Shown here piece by piece: positions 25,988 through 38,281 of a stretch of DNA of 64,000 bases (its first letter is position 1; each line of letters starts with the position of its first letter). Where the stretch lies: positions 59,770,001 to 59,834,000 of the forward strand of contig NC_045696.1 of NCBI RefSeq assembly GCF_009834535.1. Direction: 5' to 3'. The stretch is from Camelus ferus. Taxonomy: Eukaryota. The notes beneath the pieces were generated by a model. The model searched no databases and was not told the DNA's origin. It saw only the letters and a list, made by a program, of their open reading frames with translations. Made by a program: the position numbers and the translations under genes.

Positions 25988-27825
25988 ATTGCATCCAGAA
26001 AATAAAATACTTAGAAATAAATCTGACCAAGGAAGTGAGACTTTTATGTGGAAAACTACAAAACACTGTCTAAGGAAATTAAATGTGATTTAAAGAAATG
26101 GAAAGATAGTCCCATGCTCTTGGATTGGAAGAATTAATATTGTTAAATGGCCATACTACCCAAAGCAATCTACAGATTTAATGTGATGCTTATCAAATTA
26201 CCCAGGACATTTTTCACTGAACTAGAACAAATAATCCTAAAGTGTATATGGAATCACAAAAGACCCAGAATTGGCAAAGCAATACTGAAGAAAAAGAATG
26301 AAGCTGGAGGAATAACCCTCCCAGACTTAAGACAATACTACAGAGCTACAGTAATCAAAACAGCATGGTATTGGTACAAAAACAGACATAGTATCAGTGG
26401 AACAGAATAGAGAGCCTAGAAGTAAATCCATGAACTTTGGGTCAATTAATCTTTGACAAAGGAGGCAAGAACATGCAATGGAGTAAATACAGTTTGTTCA
26501 GCAAATGGTGTTGGGAAAACTGGACAGCTGCATGTAAATCAATGAAGTTAGAATACTCCCTCACACCATACACAAAAATAAACTCAAAATGGCTTAAAGA
26601 CTTAAACATAAGACAAGACACTGTAAACCTCTTAGAAGAAAACATAGGCAAAACATTCTCTGACATAAATCTCAGCAATGTTCTCCTAGGGCAGTCTACC
26701 CAGGCAATAGAAATAAAAGCAAAAATTAATAAATGAGACCTAATTAAACTTACAAGCTTTTGCACAGCAAAGGAAACCATAAACAAAACAAAAAGACAAC
26801 TGGAATGGGAGAAAATATTTACAAAAGATGAGACTGACAAGGGCTTGACTTCCAGAATATATAAACAACTCATACAACTTAGTAAGAAACAAACAACTAA
26901 ATCCAAAAATGGGCAGAAGACCTAAACAAGCAATTCTCCAGTGAAGAACTACAAATGGCCAATAGGCACATGAAAAAATGCTCAATATCGCTAACTATCA
27001 GAGAAATGCAAATCAAAACTACAGTGAGGTATCACCTCACACCAGTCAGAATGGCCATCATTCAAAAGTCCACAAATGATAAATGCTGGAGAGGGTGTGG
27101 AGAAAAGGGAACACTCCTGCACTGTTGGTGGGAATGTAGTTTGGTGCAGACATTATGGAAAACAGCATGGAGATTCCTTAAAAGATTAAAAATAGACTTA
27201 CCATATGATCCAGCAATCCCACTCCTGAGCATGTATCCAGAGGGAACCTTAATTCAAAAAGATTCATGTACCCCAATGTTCATAGCAGCACTATTTACAA
27301 TAGCCAAGATATAGAAACATCCTAAATGTCCATCAACAGATGACTGGATAAAGAAGATGTGGTATATTTATACAATGGAATACTACTCAGCCATAAAAAA
27401 GAATAAAATAATACCATTTGCAGCAACATGAATGGACTTGGAGATTGCCATTCTAAGTGAAGTAAGCCAGAAAGAGAAAGAAAAATATCATATGATATCA
27501 CCTATATGTAGAATCTTAAAAAAAGGAAAAAAGACAAACTTATTTACAAAACAGAAACAGACTCACAGACATAGAAAACAAACTTACGGTCACCAGGAGC
27601 GGAAGGGGTGGGAAGGGATAAATTGGGAGTTTGAGATTTGCAGATACTAATATATATAAAATAGATAAACAACAAGTTTATACTGTATAGCATAGGGAAC
27701 TATATTTAATATCTTGTAACTTAAGGTAAAAAAGAATATGAAAACAAATATATGTATGTTCATGTATGACTGAAGCTGTACACCAGAAACTGACCCAACA
27801 TTGTAAACTGACTATACTTCAATAA

Positions 27826-27826
<1 letters not shown>
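25988..27826 (+). mobile_element. ~1.8 kb 5'-truncated L1 (ORF2 C-terminal part plus 3' UTR), disrupted by stops and frameshifts
   Basis: ORF pieces [39 protein letters not shown] (ORF2p Cys-rich domain); AATAAA 27821-27826; decayed TSD aaaagaatatatgaaa (25972-25987) / aagagaatacatggaa (27872-27887). Confidence 0.95.

Positions 27827-27870
<44 letters not shown>
27826..27870. repeat. (TA)n(CA)n microsatellite at the L1 tail
   Basis: Direct reading, immediately after the L1 poly(A) signal. Confidence 0.9.
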
Positions 27871-30098
27871 AAAGAGAATACATGGAATAAACAGATGTAG
27901 GAATAGATTAAATATATGTGCAGTGGAGTCAGATCTGGGTTTTAATCTTGCCTCTCTGCCACTTACCAACGATGACCCTTGGTTTCCTGGAGGACTATTT
28001 CCTAAGATAATAATCTTACTACATAGTACCTATCCCAGCTTGGGAAGATTTAATAAGATAACAGTATTACTGTTGTTGTTGTTACAAATTAGTCAATTAA
28101 CTGTTGTGCCTGGAAAGGTACTAGAATAAATTCTCAAACAGCTCATTGCAGCCGTCTTCCAAAAATGGGATGAACCTAACATGCCAGTTACTCTTTAGAG
28201 TCGCAATGAACTAAGCACACATTTTCTGGACTAAATGATGGCACGTTCTTTTGTAACCGTGCATCCAAAATAATTTAGAAATGGCCCTGTCTCAGTACAG
28301 GACCCTAACGAGATGATGCATTACAGCTTGCTTCCAGCTCTTGAATGCTCTTTCGCGTGGGCTGTGGGTGGATGGCCCTAATTGTTTACACAGAATAAAC
28401 CTGAAACAACAAAACTAAGATTGTAACTCTTGATTTTCAATTGTACTTTATGATATGTACGCTTGCCATTAATTTGTACCGAATGTACCAAAGCAGGACC
28501 AGATGACCGAAAAGAAGAATGATCAGTCAAAATTTGCACTGGTAAATCTCAAAACCAGGCTATGGAACAGAAAATTTGGGCAGTCATCCTTCTTGCTTAG
28601 TAACACAAGGCACAGTTAATGTGGCTGGGCCTCTAGCTCTGCTGTCACGACACATGCTGATAAAGCTACATTTTGAAGGCTTGGATTTAAGAGAGCCTTG
28701 TGATACCACAGGGGCCTGGTGACTGAAATCTTCTGCAGCTTATCAGCAGAAAGATAAGAGAAGCCCTGGTTCCACCACCAGTGCGGTGGAGATGTTTATC
28801 ACTCAGTCTTCTGAGAACAGGAGTCTGACCCATGCCAAACACTTCAGAAATAATGTCAACATACTCAAGACATAGCCAGCACAGAGTTCTCCGAGATAAG
28901 ATTACCACTTTGTCCTTAAAGGGATACCAGCCAAGTCAGTCGATCCCCAAATATTCCCTTAGCAGAGCAACCCTGTGAGTTATCCTTCATCCCAGGGGAC
29001 TTGGGGAGCTCAATTTTTATAACACTACATGCAAATATTCTGCTGTTGTTTTCCAAAGTATGCACAAGACTCTAGCCATATCTAAGAGAGTTTCCACAGG
29101 GGCAAGAGCCTGAGCTTGGTTCCTCCAAAATCAGCCAGTTGTAGAAGCTGGAGGCAGCTCTCTGATTGGCAAAAGCATTTATCCATCTTATTTCAAGATT
29201 TTGTTTCTAGTGTATTGGCTATGTCTAGCCCTAGGGCTTCCAAGGCCGGGTTAGACCTCTAGTTGGGGTCTAGGATGAAGTCATTTTAGAAAAAGATGAT
29301 TTAATCTTAGATGAGTAGGTGTAAAAAGCCTCTGTGATAATTTGTTCAAATACCTCGTCATACGGTTTAACTATCAATATGCAAACTGGCACCGGGGCGA
29401 CAGGGCCCATCACGGGTTGAGCTGAAGCTGGTCAGGTCTTCTCCCAAGACCTTTTTGGCAATGAGAAGAAATAGCATAAGAGAGACAACCCATGTTTGAT
29501 ATGTCATCCAGACACTAACCATATCTCTTCCTGCTCTGAAACGCTTCACATTGATTGCTTTGTCCTCCCAGTGCACAGTCCTAGTGTGGCCTTCAGGATT
29601 CCAGTCCCTTGTGCCCAGGGCTGTGCTGTATGTAGTTACCGGATTAATTAAAAACCTACAGACAAAAGCCCTTTCTCTTGTGGCTTTTTTCAGTAGAATC
29701 TCACACTGAAGTTCATACTCCTCCAGTTCACTATTAAATGTTTTCACTATTCTTTCTATCCAGTGTCTCCTCCTCTGTTCATCTTTATTTCATTCAAAGG
29801 ATCTACTTAAGGGCTGTGCTAACTTGTTCTTCCATTTTTCCTGCCTCTGTGCTTTCGTTCCCACTGTCTCCACTTTTGGAATTCCTTCTCCCTTCTCTTC
29901 TACTTGGACACATCTCTTCCATTAAACCTTTTCAGACCAGCCCTGCCAACACTGATCTGACCCTCCTCTGAACTCTGCTTCCTTATCTTCTAGGTCTGTG
30001 CCAGGCCTTTGGCAATTAATCACATACCGCTCTGGGGGCTTATCTTTATTTTGCATGTTCTGTCTTACTCTTTTGCTGTTCTCTTTCTTTCCCTGCCC

Positions 30099-30113
30099 CT
30101 CTCTCTGTCTCTG

Positions 30114-30177
<64 letters not shown>

Positions 30178-30180
30178 TGT
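30099..30180. repeat. Compound (TCTCTG)n(TC)n(TG)n microsatellite ~335 nt upstream of the 30515 exon
   Basis: Direct reading. Confidence 0.93.
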
Positions 30181-30514
30181 TTCTGTAGCTAGATAAGGGG
30201 CCTATGAAAATAAAGCCTGCGTCTTACACATCTTCAGAATATTCATAGGTGCTCCATGACGTTGCTTTTGGTTGATGGTTCTTGCTTGGGATGATGGGAT
30301 TTAGTCCATGAAGGATGAAGTCTTTGTCTTCTGCCCACTGAGTGACTGTCAGTTGTTACCTCCCAGAGAGGGTTTCCTTGACCGGGATCTGCAGTTGGCC
30401 CCGCCATCCTGCCCTGTGTCCTGGCTTCCTGAGGATGGAGCTGCCTTACTCGCAGGCTGGCAACCTGCCTTAACTGCCCCTGACACGGCTATGTCTTCTG
30501 TTCTTTTCCCTCAG

Positions 30515-30798
30515 ATGCATATTCTCATTCCTCAAGTGAAAACGGAGGCAAGTCCGAGTCTGTGGCCAACCTGCAGTCCCAGCCCTCCCTGAACTCCATC
30601 CACAGTTCCCCTGGTCCCAAGCGCTCTACCAACACCCTGAAGAAGTGGCTGACGAGTCCCGTGCGTCGGCTCAACAGCGGGAAAGCCGATGGAAACATCA
30701 AGAAGCAGAAGAAAGTACGAGATGGTCGGAAGAGCTTTGACCTGGGATCGCCCAAGCCTGGGGATGAGACGACCCCTCAGGGAGACAGCGCTGACGAG
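30515..30798 (+). CDS. KALRN: KALRN exon, post-SH3 linker: (D)AYSHSSSENGGKSESVANLQSQPSLNSIHSSPGPKRSTNTLKKWLTSPVRRLNSGKADGNIKKQKKVRDGRKSFDLGSPKPGDETTPQGDSADE
   Basis: Acceptor ttcttttccctcag|AT (phase 1), donor GAG|gtactc; 284 nt; in frame with ORF 30562-30978. Confidence 0.95.
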
Positions 30799-32007
30799 GT
30801 ACTCACCCGAGGCCCTGGTGCCTGCCGTCAGGGAGGGGCTCCGACATACCTCCTCCTGGAGCCCTGGCAGGAACCCTCCCCTGGGTTTGTAACTAGCCAG
30901 TCTCTCGTTCCCAGGAGTTGGTCTTCTTGGGCCTGGGTGATCTTTGCATTCTCAAGACCTTGCCAGTCTGCTTTGTGACCCACTTAGAGACTAACCAGCA
31001 CCAGGATATCCAGCGGATAGGCACCATTTTGCCACATTTGGAGACAGGGGCTTGGGCCCATGGGGTGCCAGCTGGCCACCAAGTCCCCAGACTCTGTTAG
31101 AGACTACACAAACCCTGCTGGGCCTGTTTAGAATAAGAATAAAAGGATGGAGATCGTTTCACTTGGAAAACAGATGGCTGTATTGGGAGATTAGGGCTGT
31201 TTTTGAGTATCTTGAGCAGTACCATATATAAAAGGGGGTAGATAATTCCTGGTTGCTCCAGAAGGGAGAATTATGATTAATAGGTGAAGGTTTGCAGTAG
31301 GCAAGGTTTCAGCTGAGAGAGGGAAGTTTACCAGGTGAACGGTGGGGCGGTTCATCAAGTGATGAAACAGGCCTTCCTGAGAACAAATGAACACCCATCC
31401 TGGAAGGGTGTCAGGCCGTCCTCACACGATGGTCTGAGAGACCTGTGTTAGCCGAGAGGCCACACTGAACAACAGCCTCTTACATCCCTTCCAAAGCTGA
31501 GGTTCTGTGATCAAAATATAGTGGCTATGTTTTGGTTGGGGAATGAGATAACTGTTTTATCTGGCAAACTAACCTACTCTAGTCACCGACGCGGCCAAGA
31601 AATTCTTCCTAATGTGTAACCAGAGTCTCTTTGTAAATTTACTCTGTCTGCCTTTTGTAACTCTGAAAGTAGGCAGGAGAGCCTGGTGATATCTAAACTG
31701 TGGTTTAATAGTCCTTCGAAAACTAAAAAAGTTAGTTTCTCTCTGACCGCTCTTTCAGCTTTCTCTTTTCCTGCCTAATCAGTAAGGTTTCCTGTGTGTG
31801 TGTGGTTTCCCCCGTCTGGTCCTCACTGTCCTTTGAGATGAGCAGGTGAGCCCATTCCACAGAGGAGCACACTGAAGCCGAGAAAATAGGAGTGTGTTAA
31901 GAGAGGAGGGTAGCTTATAATGTTACTTCTTAAAACACCCCAAGTCCTGAACCAACTGGCATCTTTAACTGTAGGAAACAGTGACTAATGCTGCTCTTTT
32001 GTTCTAG

Positions 32008-32112
32008 AAGAGCAAGAAGGGGTGGGGTGAAGATGAGCCAGATGAAGAGTCACACACCCCCCTCCCTCCGCCTATGAAGATCTTTGACAACGACCCCACG
32101 CAGGACGAGATG
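32008..32112 (+). CDS. KALRN: KALRN exon: KSKKGWGEDEPDEESHTPLPPPMKIFDNDPTQDEM
   Basis: Acceptor ctcttttgttctag|AAG (tandem TAGAAG), donor ATG|gtagga; 105 nt, phase 0/0. Confidence 0.95.
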
Positions 32113-34954
32113 GTAGGACTTTTTCGCTTTCTCACTTGGAAAAGCAGTGTGTAAATCACGGGATTTCGTTGTGGGTGTGTGGTGGGGGTAGTGACACTCT
32201 CTCTCCCGTGTTACCTCTTACACCACGTGGGCCCGAAGCAATGCACATTCCGTCTGTATTTGGTAGGGGTCCCCCATCCCTGGAGGTCTGACTTCAGTCC
32301 GCACAGTGGAGGGGTGTGTGTAGAATTCGCAAAGTGGAAATCTGCCTAGTATCTCGCCCTGTTGATGGAGGGTAATGGCTCTGTCTTTGGAAGCAGCAGA
32401 TCCAAAAAAAAAAAAAAAAAAAGACCTGTTTATCTCAAAAAGGAATCTGAGGTGCTTCAAGGTCATGATCATTTTGGTGTACCTGACTGTTCAACCTATG
32501 TTTCAGTAATTCTTTTCCTTACACACAACTCTGAGATCCAAATCACAGCAACCTCCAGCCAAGCCCAGTGCTGTTAAAATTCTGCAACCACAGCGTGAGG
32601 GATGGAGATGCTGCTAAGGGGCAGCTGTTGTCAAAGACTGCCAACCTGATATACCAGGTTGCCCCAGTTGTTTGATTTGCAAAATCCCTTGCTCACTGGT
32701 GTCTGAGACGCGAACATCCACCAAGCCTCTAAGCGCAGGGTGATCATCTCGATTGTTCTGGAACAGAGACTCAGGTTGGATGTGCTTCAGGTACTGGCTG
32801 AGGCTCGGTCAGGTCCCTGCTTTCATTGTGTGCCCCGTCACCGGCCTTCCTCACCAAGCACGCTCCCACTTCATCGTGCTTCTCCTGCCTCCTCTCAGTG
32901 TTGCTGTCCCAGTGGACACTGGAGGCTGAAGTGGTGATTTCAGTTTTTGATGGTCCTTTGCATTTGCTTTCCAGAGTGCTGTTTTATTGGGTTGGTGGTG
33001 GTGATTAGCCATCCCTCCAGGGTCTCCTGATGCTCTCCAGTGCTCTGCCCTGCAGTCGGCAGCCCCTTCAGGGCAGGGAGCAAACCTTTACACCACCACC
33101 CGGATACAATTCGGAAAGTATTGTGTGCAGATGCTTCGGTGTTCCTGGTGATATCCCAGGCCTTGCTTTAATTCTCCCTGCTTCGCGTTTGGATCGGTAG
33201 TGCCCAGACATTGGTTAAGGCCTTGCAATGTGCTAAGCTAGTGGGACATTGTCTAGGGACAGGCCCATGACTAAGAATGGTCACCGCCCTGCTCTGTGAC
33301 TCACCCAGGAGAAACACACAGGTGTGGCCCTTTGTAAGATGATGTTGGTGGCCCTGGTCTCCAGGGCCAGCTCTGACTCTGGACTGATGGGAAGCAAAGT
33401 AGCAGGCAGCATGGCATGGTGCCCATCCAGGATTCCCAGGGGTGGAAATGCCTGTGCTTCGCCTTGAGATGGGAACCAGAACCTACTTACTGTGTTCCCA
33501 GAGGCCTCCTGTGAGATGTTTTAGAAACAGTGTTAGTGTGTGGGGGGAGCAGGGCGCTCAGGTCGCATTATCTGCCACCCCACACAGCCCTCCACGTGGC
33601 AGTGCCAGCTTGCACGAGATAAGTAGAGGTCACGAACCCTTCCCCTCGAATTCCCTCAAACACAATTTGTTTTGGGGAAAGGATGTTATGTTGTTTCTGG
33701 ATAATTTTTAACAGAATGTGGACTTACCCTCGGACGTTTGTGTAACCCTGGAAAAGGGTTAGAGCAGGTGGCATTAGCCCCATTTTAGACACCTTAGCCT
33801 CCACGGTCCTGCTGTTTAATTTCTGAATGTTTCTTTTTCTGGAATATTTGGGAGTGGGATGAGCTTCAGAGATTCTAGCAAACGGAGTTGGATTTATTAA
33901 AATAATTTTTACCACTATGTTAAAAGAGTTTTTAAAAGATCGCCCATTCTCACGTACGATAGATTCCCCTCATTTGCTTCCATTTGTTCATATGCGTGTA
34001 TGTTTTATTTTTATAATTATAATATGCATATGCTGTGTTCAAAATCCTATAGTTTTAATGTTTATAAAGTTAAATATTAGTAATGTTTAGTATTTCCTAA
34101 AATCTTATTAGTTTTACCTTCAGAACTATAATTTCAATAGCCAAGGTATTAAAATTATTTCACTTACTTGATGTATTTGATGTAATCTGCTTGACCAGCC
34201 TGTCTGGGGATATCCAAGGTTGTTGACTCTAGGTAATTCGGCTACAAATCACTCGGTGTATACAGCATTTGTTCTTTTGACTTCTGTCCTTGGAATAAGT
34301 TCCCGGGGTAAGATTACTAGATCAAAGTGTAGATAACCTGCATTTCCCAACAGACTTCAGCTCTTTTCCTGTGTTCCCCAGGAGAGAGTGTTGCTCTCGC
34401 TCTCTGTTAATTACATTTATTTGATTTTTTTGGCCCATCTCAGAAGCAAAGACCTAAAGTGAGTCTTAGATTAGACAACAAGAAGCTTCCTTTTTGAAGT
34501 TCTTCCCCTTAAGGGACAAATCTGAAGCCTGAGCCCAGCCAGGCCAGTCAGCTCACCACTCCCACAGTCACTAGCCCATGCGGCCTGGGCTCCGGGAACA
34601 CCATTGCCCTCCGCCTTGAAGTGCAGGGCAGGGAGAAGCTCACACGTGCATGTAGGGTTAACCATTTCTCCCCCGAGTTTCTTCTCAGGTATGAGAAGGA
34701 AGGAAAAAAAATACCATCCCTCAGTGAGCTGGAATCCCCAGACCACTGAATGGACAGGCACCTGGGCCAGTCCTTAACTGCTGGTGTTGGGGGTGGGGGG
34801 AAGGAAGGCCCTGGGCTGGAGCCCTGTTTCACTGTGAATGGGATGGTCCCCGGTTGCTCCAGCGTGAGACACACAAGTCCTGCTAAAGCCCTTTATTACT
34901 TCCAAGTGTTTCAGTTTGGGGGCCTTACCAGGAAGAGCTGTGTTTGTGGAGGAG

Positions 34955-34960
34955 CGTGTG

Positions 34961-34993
<33 letters not shown>

Positions 34994-35050
34994 TGTGTGT
35001 GTGTGTGTCTGTGTTTGTGTCTGTGCGTGTCTGTGTGTGTCTGTGTGTGT
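34955..35050. repeat. Imperfect (GT)n tract
   Basis: Direct reading. Confidence 0.92.
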
Positions 35051-35502
35051 TGGGGGGGCAGTTTCTCGTCTACAAGTGCCCTGCCCCTAGAATTTCTACT
35101 TGACACACGATGACAATCTATATTTACCATCTTCATCTAAGTAGAGCAAGGACAATTTCTCTTCTTTGGACACAGCCGAGGAGGCTAGGCCTGTTGACCG
35201 CCCGTTTCCTGGAATGCCAGTGGGCAGCCCTGTAGTGGCCAGTCCTGTCACACACCGCCCCCCCCCCAGCCCCTGTTGCTGTCAGTGGGTGCAGCCCTTC
35301 CCTGTTGGCCTCCTGGGAACTCAGTGACCCCTCCCTCAGCTCCTCTGGAGGCCTGGCTAGGGAGAGCCTCGACCCACCCCTGCTCCGCTCCTGGCCAGAA
35401 CTCCTGACAAGGGGTCAGACAGACTAGCCCCACACCCTCACTACCCCCCACCTTCTTCAATCATCTCTTCCCTCTAATCATAGAGCTTTGCTTCCCTTGC
35501 CT

Positions 35503-35542
35503 GCCTTGAGCTTTGGACTTGCGCCTTGAGCTTTGGACTTGC
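35503..35542. repeat. Perfect 20-bp tandem duplication GCCTTGAGCTTTGGACTTGC x2
   Basis: 35503-35522 is identical to 35523-35542. Confidence 0.95.
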
Positions 35543-35613
35543 GTGTGGCTTCCTAATTGCTATTCTGCATTCCTCGCTAATCTGCTTTTCCTTTGCTGCT
35601 CAATGTCTTGCAG

Positions 35614-35709
35614 TCCTCCTCTTTGCTAGCAGCCCGGCAGGCTTCCACCGAAGTACCGACTGCTGCAGACCTTGTCAGTGCAATAGAACAGTTGGTCAAA
35701 AGCAAGCTG
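35614..35709 (+). CDS. KALRN: KALRN exon, symmetric and probably a cassette: SSSLLAARQASTEVPTAADLVSAIEQLVKSKL
   Basis: Acceptor gtcttgcag|TCC, donor CTG|gtaagt; 96 nt, phase 0/0. Confidence 0.93.
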
Positions 35710-36367
35710 GTAAGTGGGGTCCTGGAGGCAGTTCTGTGTGTCTCACCTCCATGCGGCTCCCGGGGCCTTACATCTCTCTGCCATGGTCTCCTTTGCACCT
35801 TTCCTCATTTCTCCTATAGGATTGTTTCCAGCTAACGATGGTTTCTAAAAAGCTGCACCCCAAAGTCCTTTTTGGCTTTGTTTGAGAATGGGCGTGGGCA
35901 ATTAACAGGTCCTTTTGGGATTGTGACATTGATGAAAGGTGAAAAGTATCCAAGACAAAACAGCCTCCCTGTAAGCCTGGTCCCCTGGCCAACAGGGAAA
36001 TGGACTGATGTGTGTCTGGTTAGCCCTGGAGCTAACTATGCTGCTGAGACACAGAACATGGATTGGATCTTTGAAAACACTGGATTATTTGGATAGTTTT
36101 ATTGGGGGACCTCAGATAGTTTTCTAGCTCGCAAAGTCTTGCAAAAGTAGATTGCTGATTATAAAGGGGAATGGGCTAAAGTATGCAGACACCTCGTCAC
36201 AAGAAATTAATGGAGATGGTGCATGTCCCCATCATGAGAGTATGCCACTGAAAACCGGTCTAGCTTGTGACGGTCTCATGGACCAGTCAGACCGTTGGAG
36301 AGAAGTTATGGGTCTGAGCTCATTTAGGGTTTCGGCATAATGCTGGTGAAAGAGCTCCTTTCTGGTG

Positions 36368-37239
36368 TTTTCTTTTTTAACATTTTTTTAACTTTATGAA
36401 TTTATTTTACAATATCATATTTTTAAATTGAAGTATAGTTGATGTATAATATTACATGTTCCAGGTATACAATATAGTGATTCACGATTTTTAAAGGTTA
36501 TACTCCATTTATAGTTATTATAAAATGTTGGCTGTATTCCCCATGCTGTGCAGTACATCCTTGTAGCTTATTTTATACCTGATAGTTTGTCCCTCTGAAT
36601 CCTCCACCTCCATCTTGCCCCTTCCCCTCCCCTCTCCCCACTGGTGACCACTAGTTCCATCTGTGAGTCTGTTTCTTTTCTGTTATATTCACTAGTTTGT
36701 TGCATTTTTTCAGATTCCACATGTAAGTGACATCTTACAGTATTTGTCTTTCTTTGTCTGAATTATTTCACTTAGCATAATGCCCTCCAAGACCATCCAT
36801 GCTGTACACCAGAAACTAATACAATATTTTAAATCAACTGTACAGCAATTAAAAAGCAAAGCAAACAGACAACCCATTTAAAATATGGGTAGAAGAACTG
36901 AAGAGACATTTTTCCAAGAGGAAATGCAGATGGCCAACAGGAACGTGAAAAATTTCTCAACATCACTAATATCAGGGAAATGAAAACCAAAATCACAATG
37001 AGACACCATCTCACACCTGTCAGAATGGCCATTATCAAAAAGAATATAAATAACAAATGTTGGCAAGGATGTGGGGAAAAGGGAAACCTTGTACACTGTT
37101 GGTGGGAATGTAAATTGGTGCAACCACTATGGAAAACAGTATGGAGGTTTCTCAAAGACCTAAAAATAGAACCACCATATGGCTCAGCAATTCCACTCCT
37201 GGGCATATATCCAAGAAAAAAAAAAAATTAATTCAAAAG
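36368..37239. mobile_element. Rearranged L1: antisense 3' UTR (to ~36800), short sense 3'-end piece (36801-36855), sense ORF2 C-terminal piece (to ~37239)
   Basis: T-rich tail at left; ORF 36980-37231 encodes [29 protein letters not shown]; candidate TSD gagctcctttct (36352) / gagctcattttt (37240). Confidence 0.88.
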
Positions 37240-38039
37240 GAGCTCATTTTTTGGATAGCTTGTTTGAGTAGGACTGTTCTTCTACTCCCATATTTTCACT
37301 CCCATATTTTAAGTGTATCACTACAGGATGACAATTTGAAGCATTTTCCTTTCCTTTGCTATCATCCATGTTACTCATTTGGTTTTTCCTGCAACTCTCA
37401 TTAGGATAAATGTGCTTCCGCCAGACTTCTGTTGGGCAGTCCTGTTAATCAGCACCATTTAAACCCTTCTCCACTTGGTCCAAGAATTAAAGGAAAGTGG
37501 TGGATGCTCTCTGGGGAAGGCTGCCTGATAATAATTTTGATTACAGTAACTCCCTTTTCAAATATCCCAACTTACAGAGTACCAATGAAATTTAACACAT
37601 ACGGCTTTCTTCTTCTCTTTCTAATTTTCCTTCCTAATTAAAAAAAAATTAGCTGATATTTTAGTGCTAGTGTCAAACTCCTGAAGGTTGGTTTTCCCAC
37701 CATCTCTGCCTGTCTCAAGGGTGGGAGTTGAGTGCTCTTGTGGGCACTACCTTGACTTTTCAAAGCCCATCTCCCTGATCACTCTTCACTTACTTGCCTT
37801 TTCTCTCCACCCTGATCCATACGTCCTCTTCATTCTCCAGATAACCATTCAAATTTTTTTCCTTAAAAAATCATCTGTTTATTTGCATTTTCTCTTTCAC
37901 CACCTGGGCAAGGGCCCTGACCTCATGCCCAGAGTAGCTGTTGCTTAATCCTTCTCCACCCTCATCTGCCTCCCAGCCTCACTCCATCATTGCCTCCCTC
38001 CTCAGTGAGGGCTCCCTGCCTCCTTCTTGCCGGTATAAG

Positions 38040-38281
38040 CAGTGGTCTCCAGTGTGGGGGCACCTTGAGGTATGCAAGATGGGTTTTTGAGGTGCTGAAG
38101 GAAAACATTAGAATCTCTTTAACTCATCATTTTTAAGTGGTTTTGTATATCTTTTATTATGTGCATAATGATAACACAGGAGTACAGAAATTAATTTATA
38201 AATAAGTTGCATGTTTTGGGAGTGCATGATCAAAATTGGGTTTACTAATTAAAGTATATAATCAGAGTTTGGAGAGCCCTG
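38040..38281. mobile_element. hAT-Charlie-type non-autonomous DNA transposon
   Basis: Termini cagtggtctcca...tttggagagccctg around an AT-rich interior. Confidence 0.55.

Noticed and set aside
26147..27650. ORFs of 72-154 aa with protein-like content
   Set aside because: They are broken L1 ORF2/3' UTR frames and their antisense shadows, not a host gene or an active element
1..30514. Known Duet/Trad first exon and the SH3-1 exon
   Set aside because: I found no matching peptide; they probably lie upstream of the window
34750..35136. ORFs rich in CV or HT repeats
   Set aside because: Translations of the GT microsatellite
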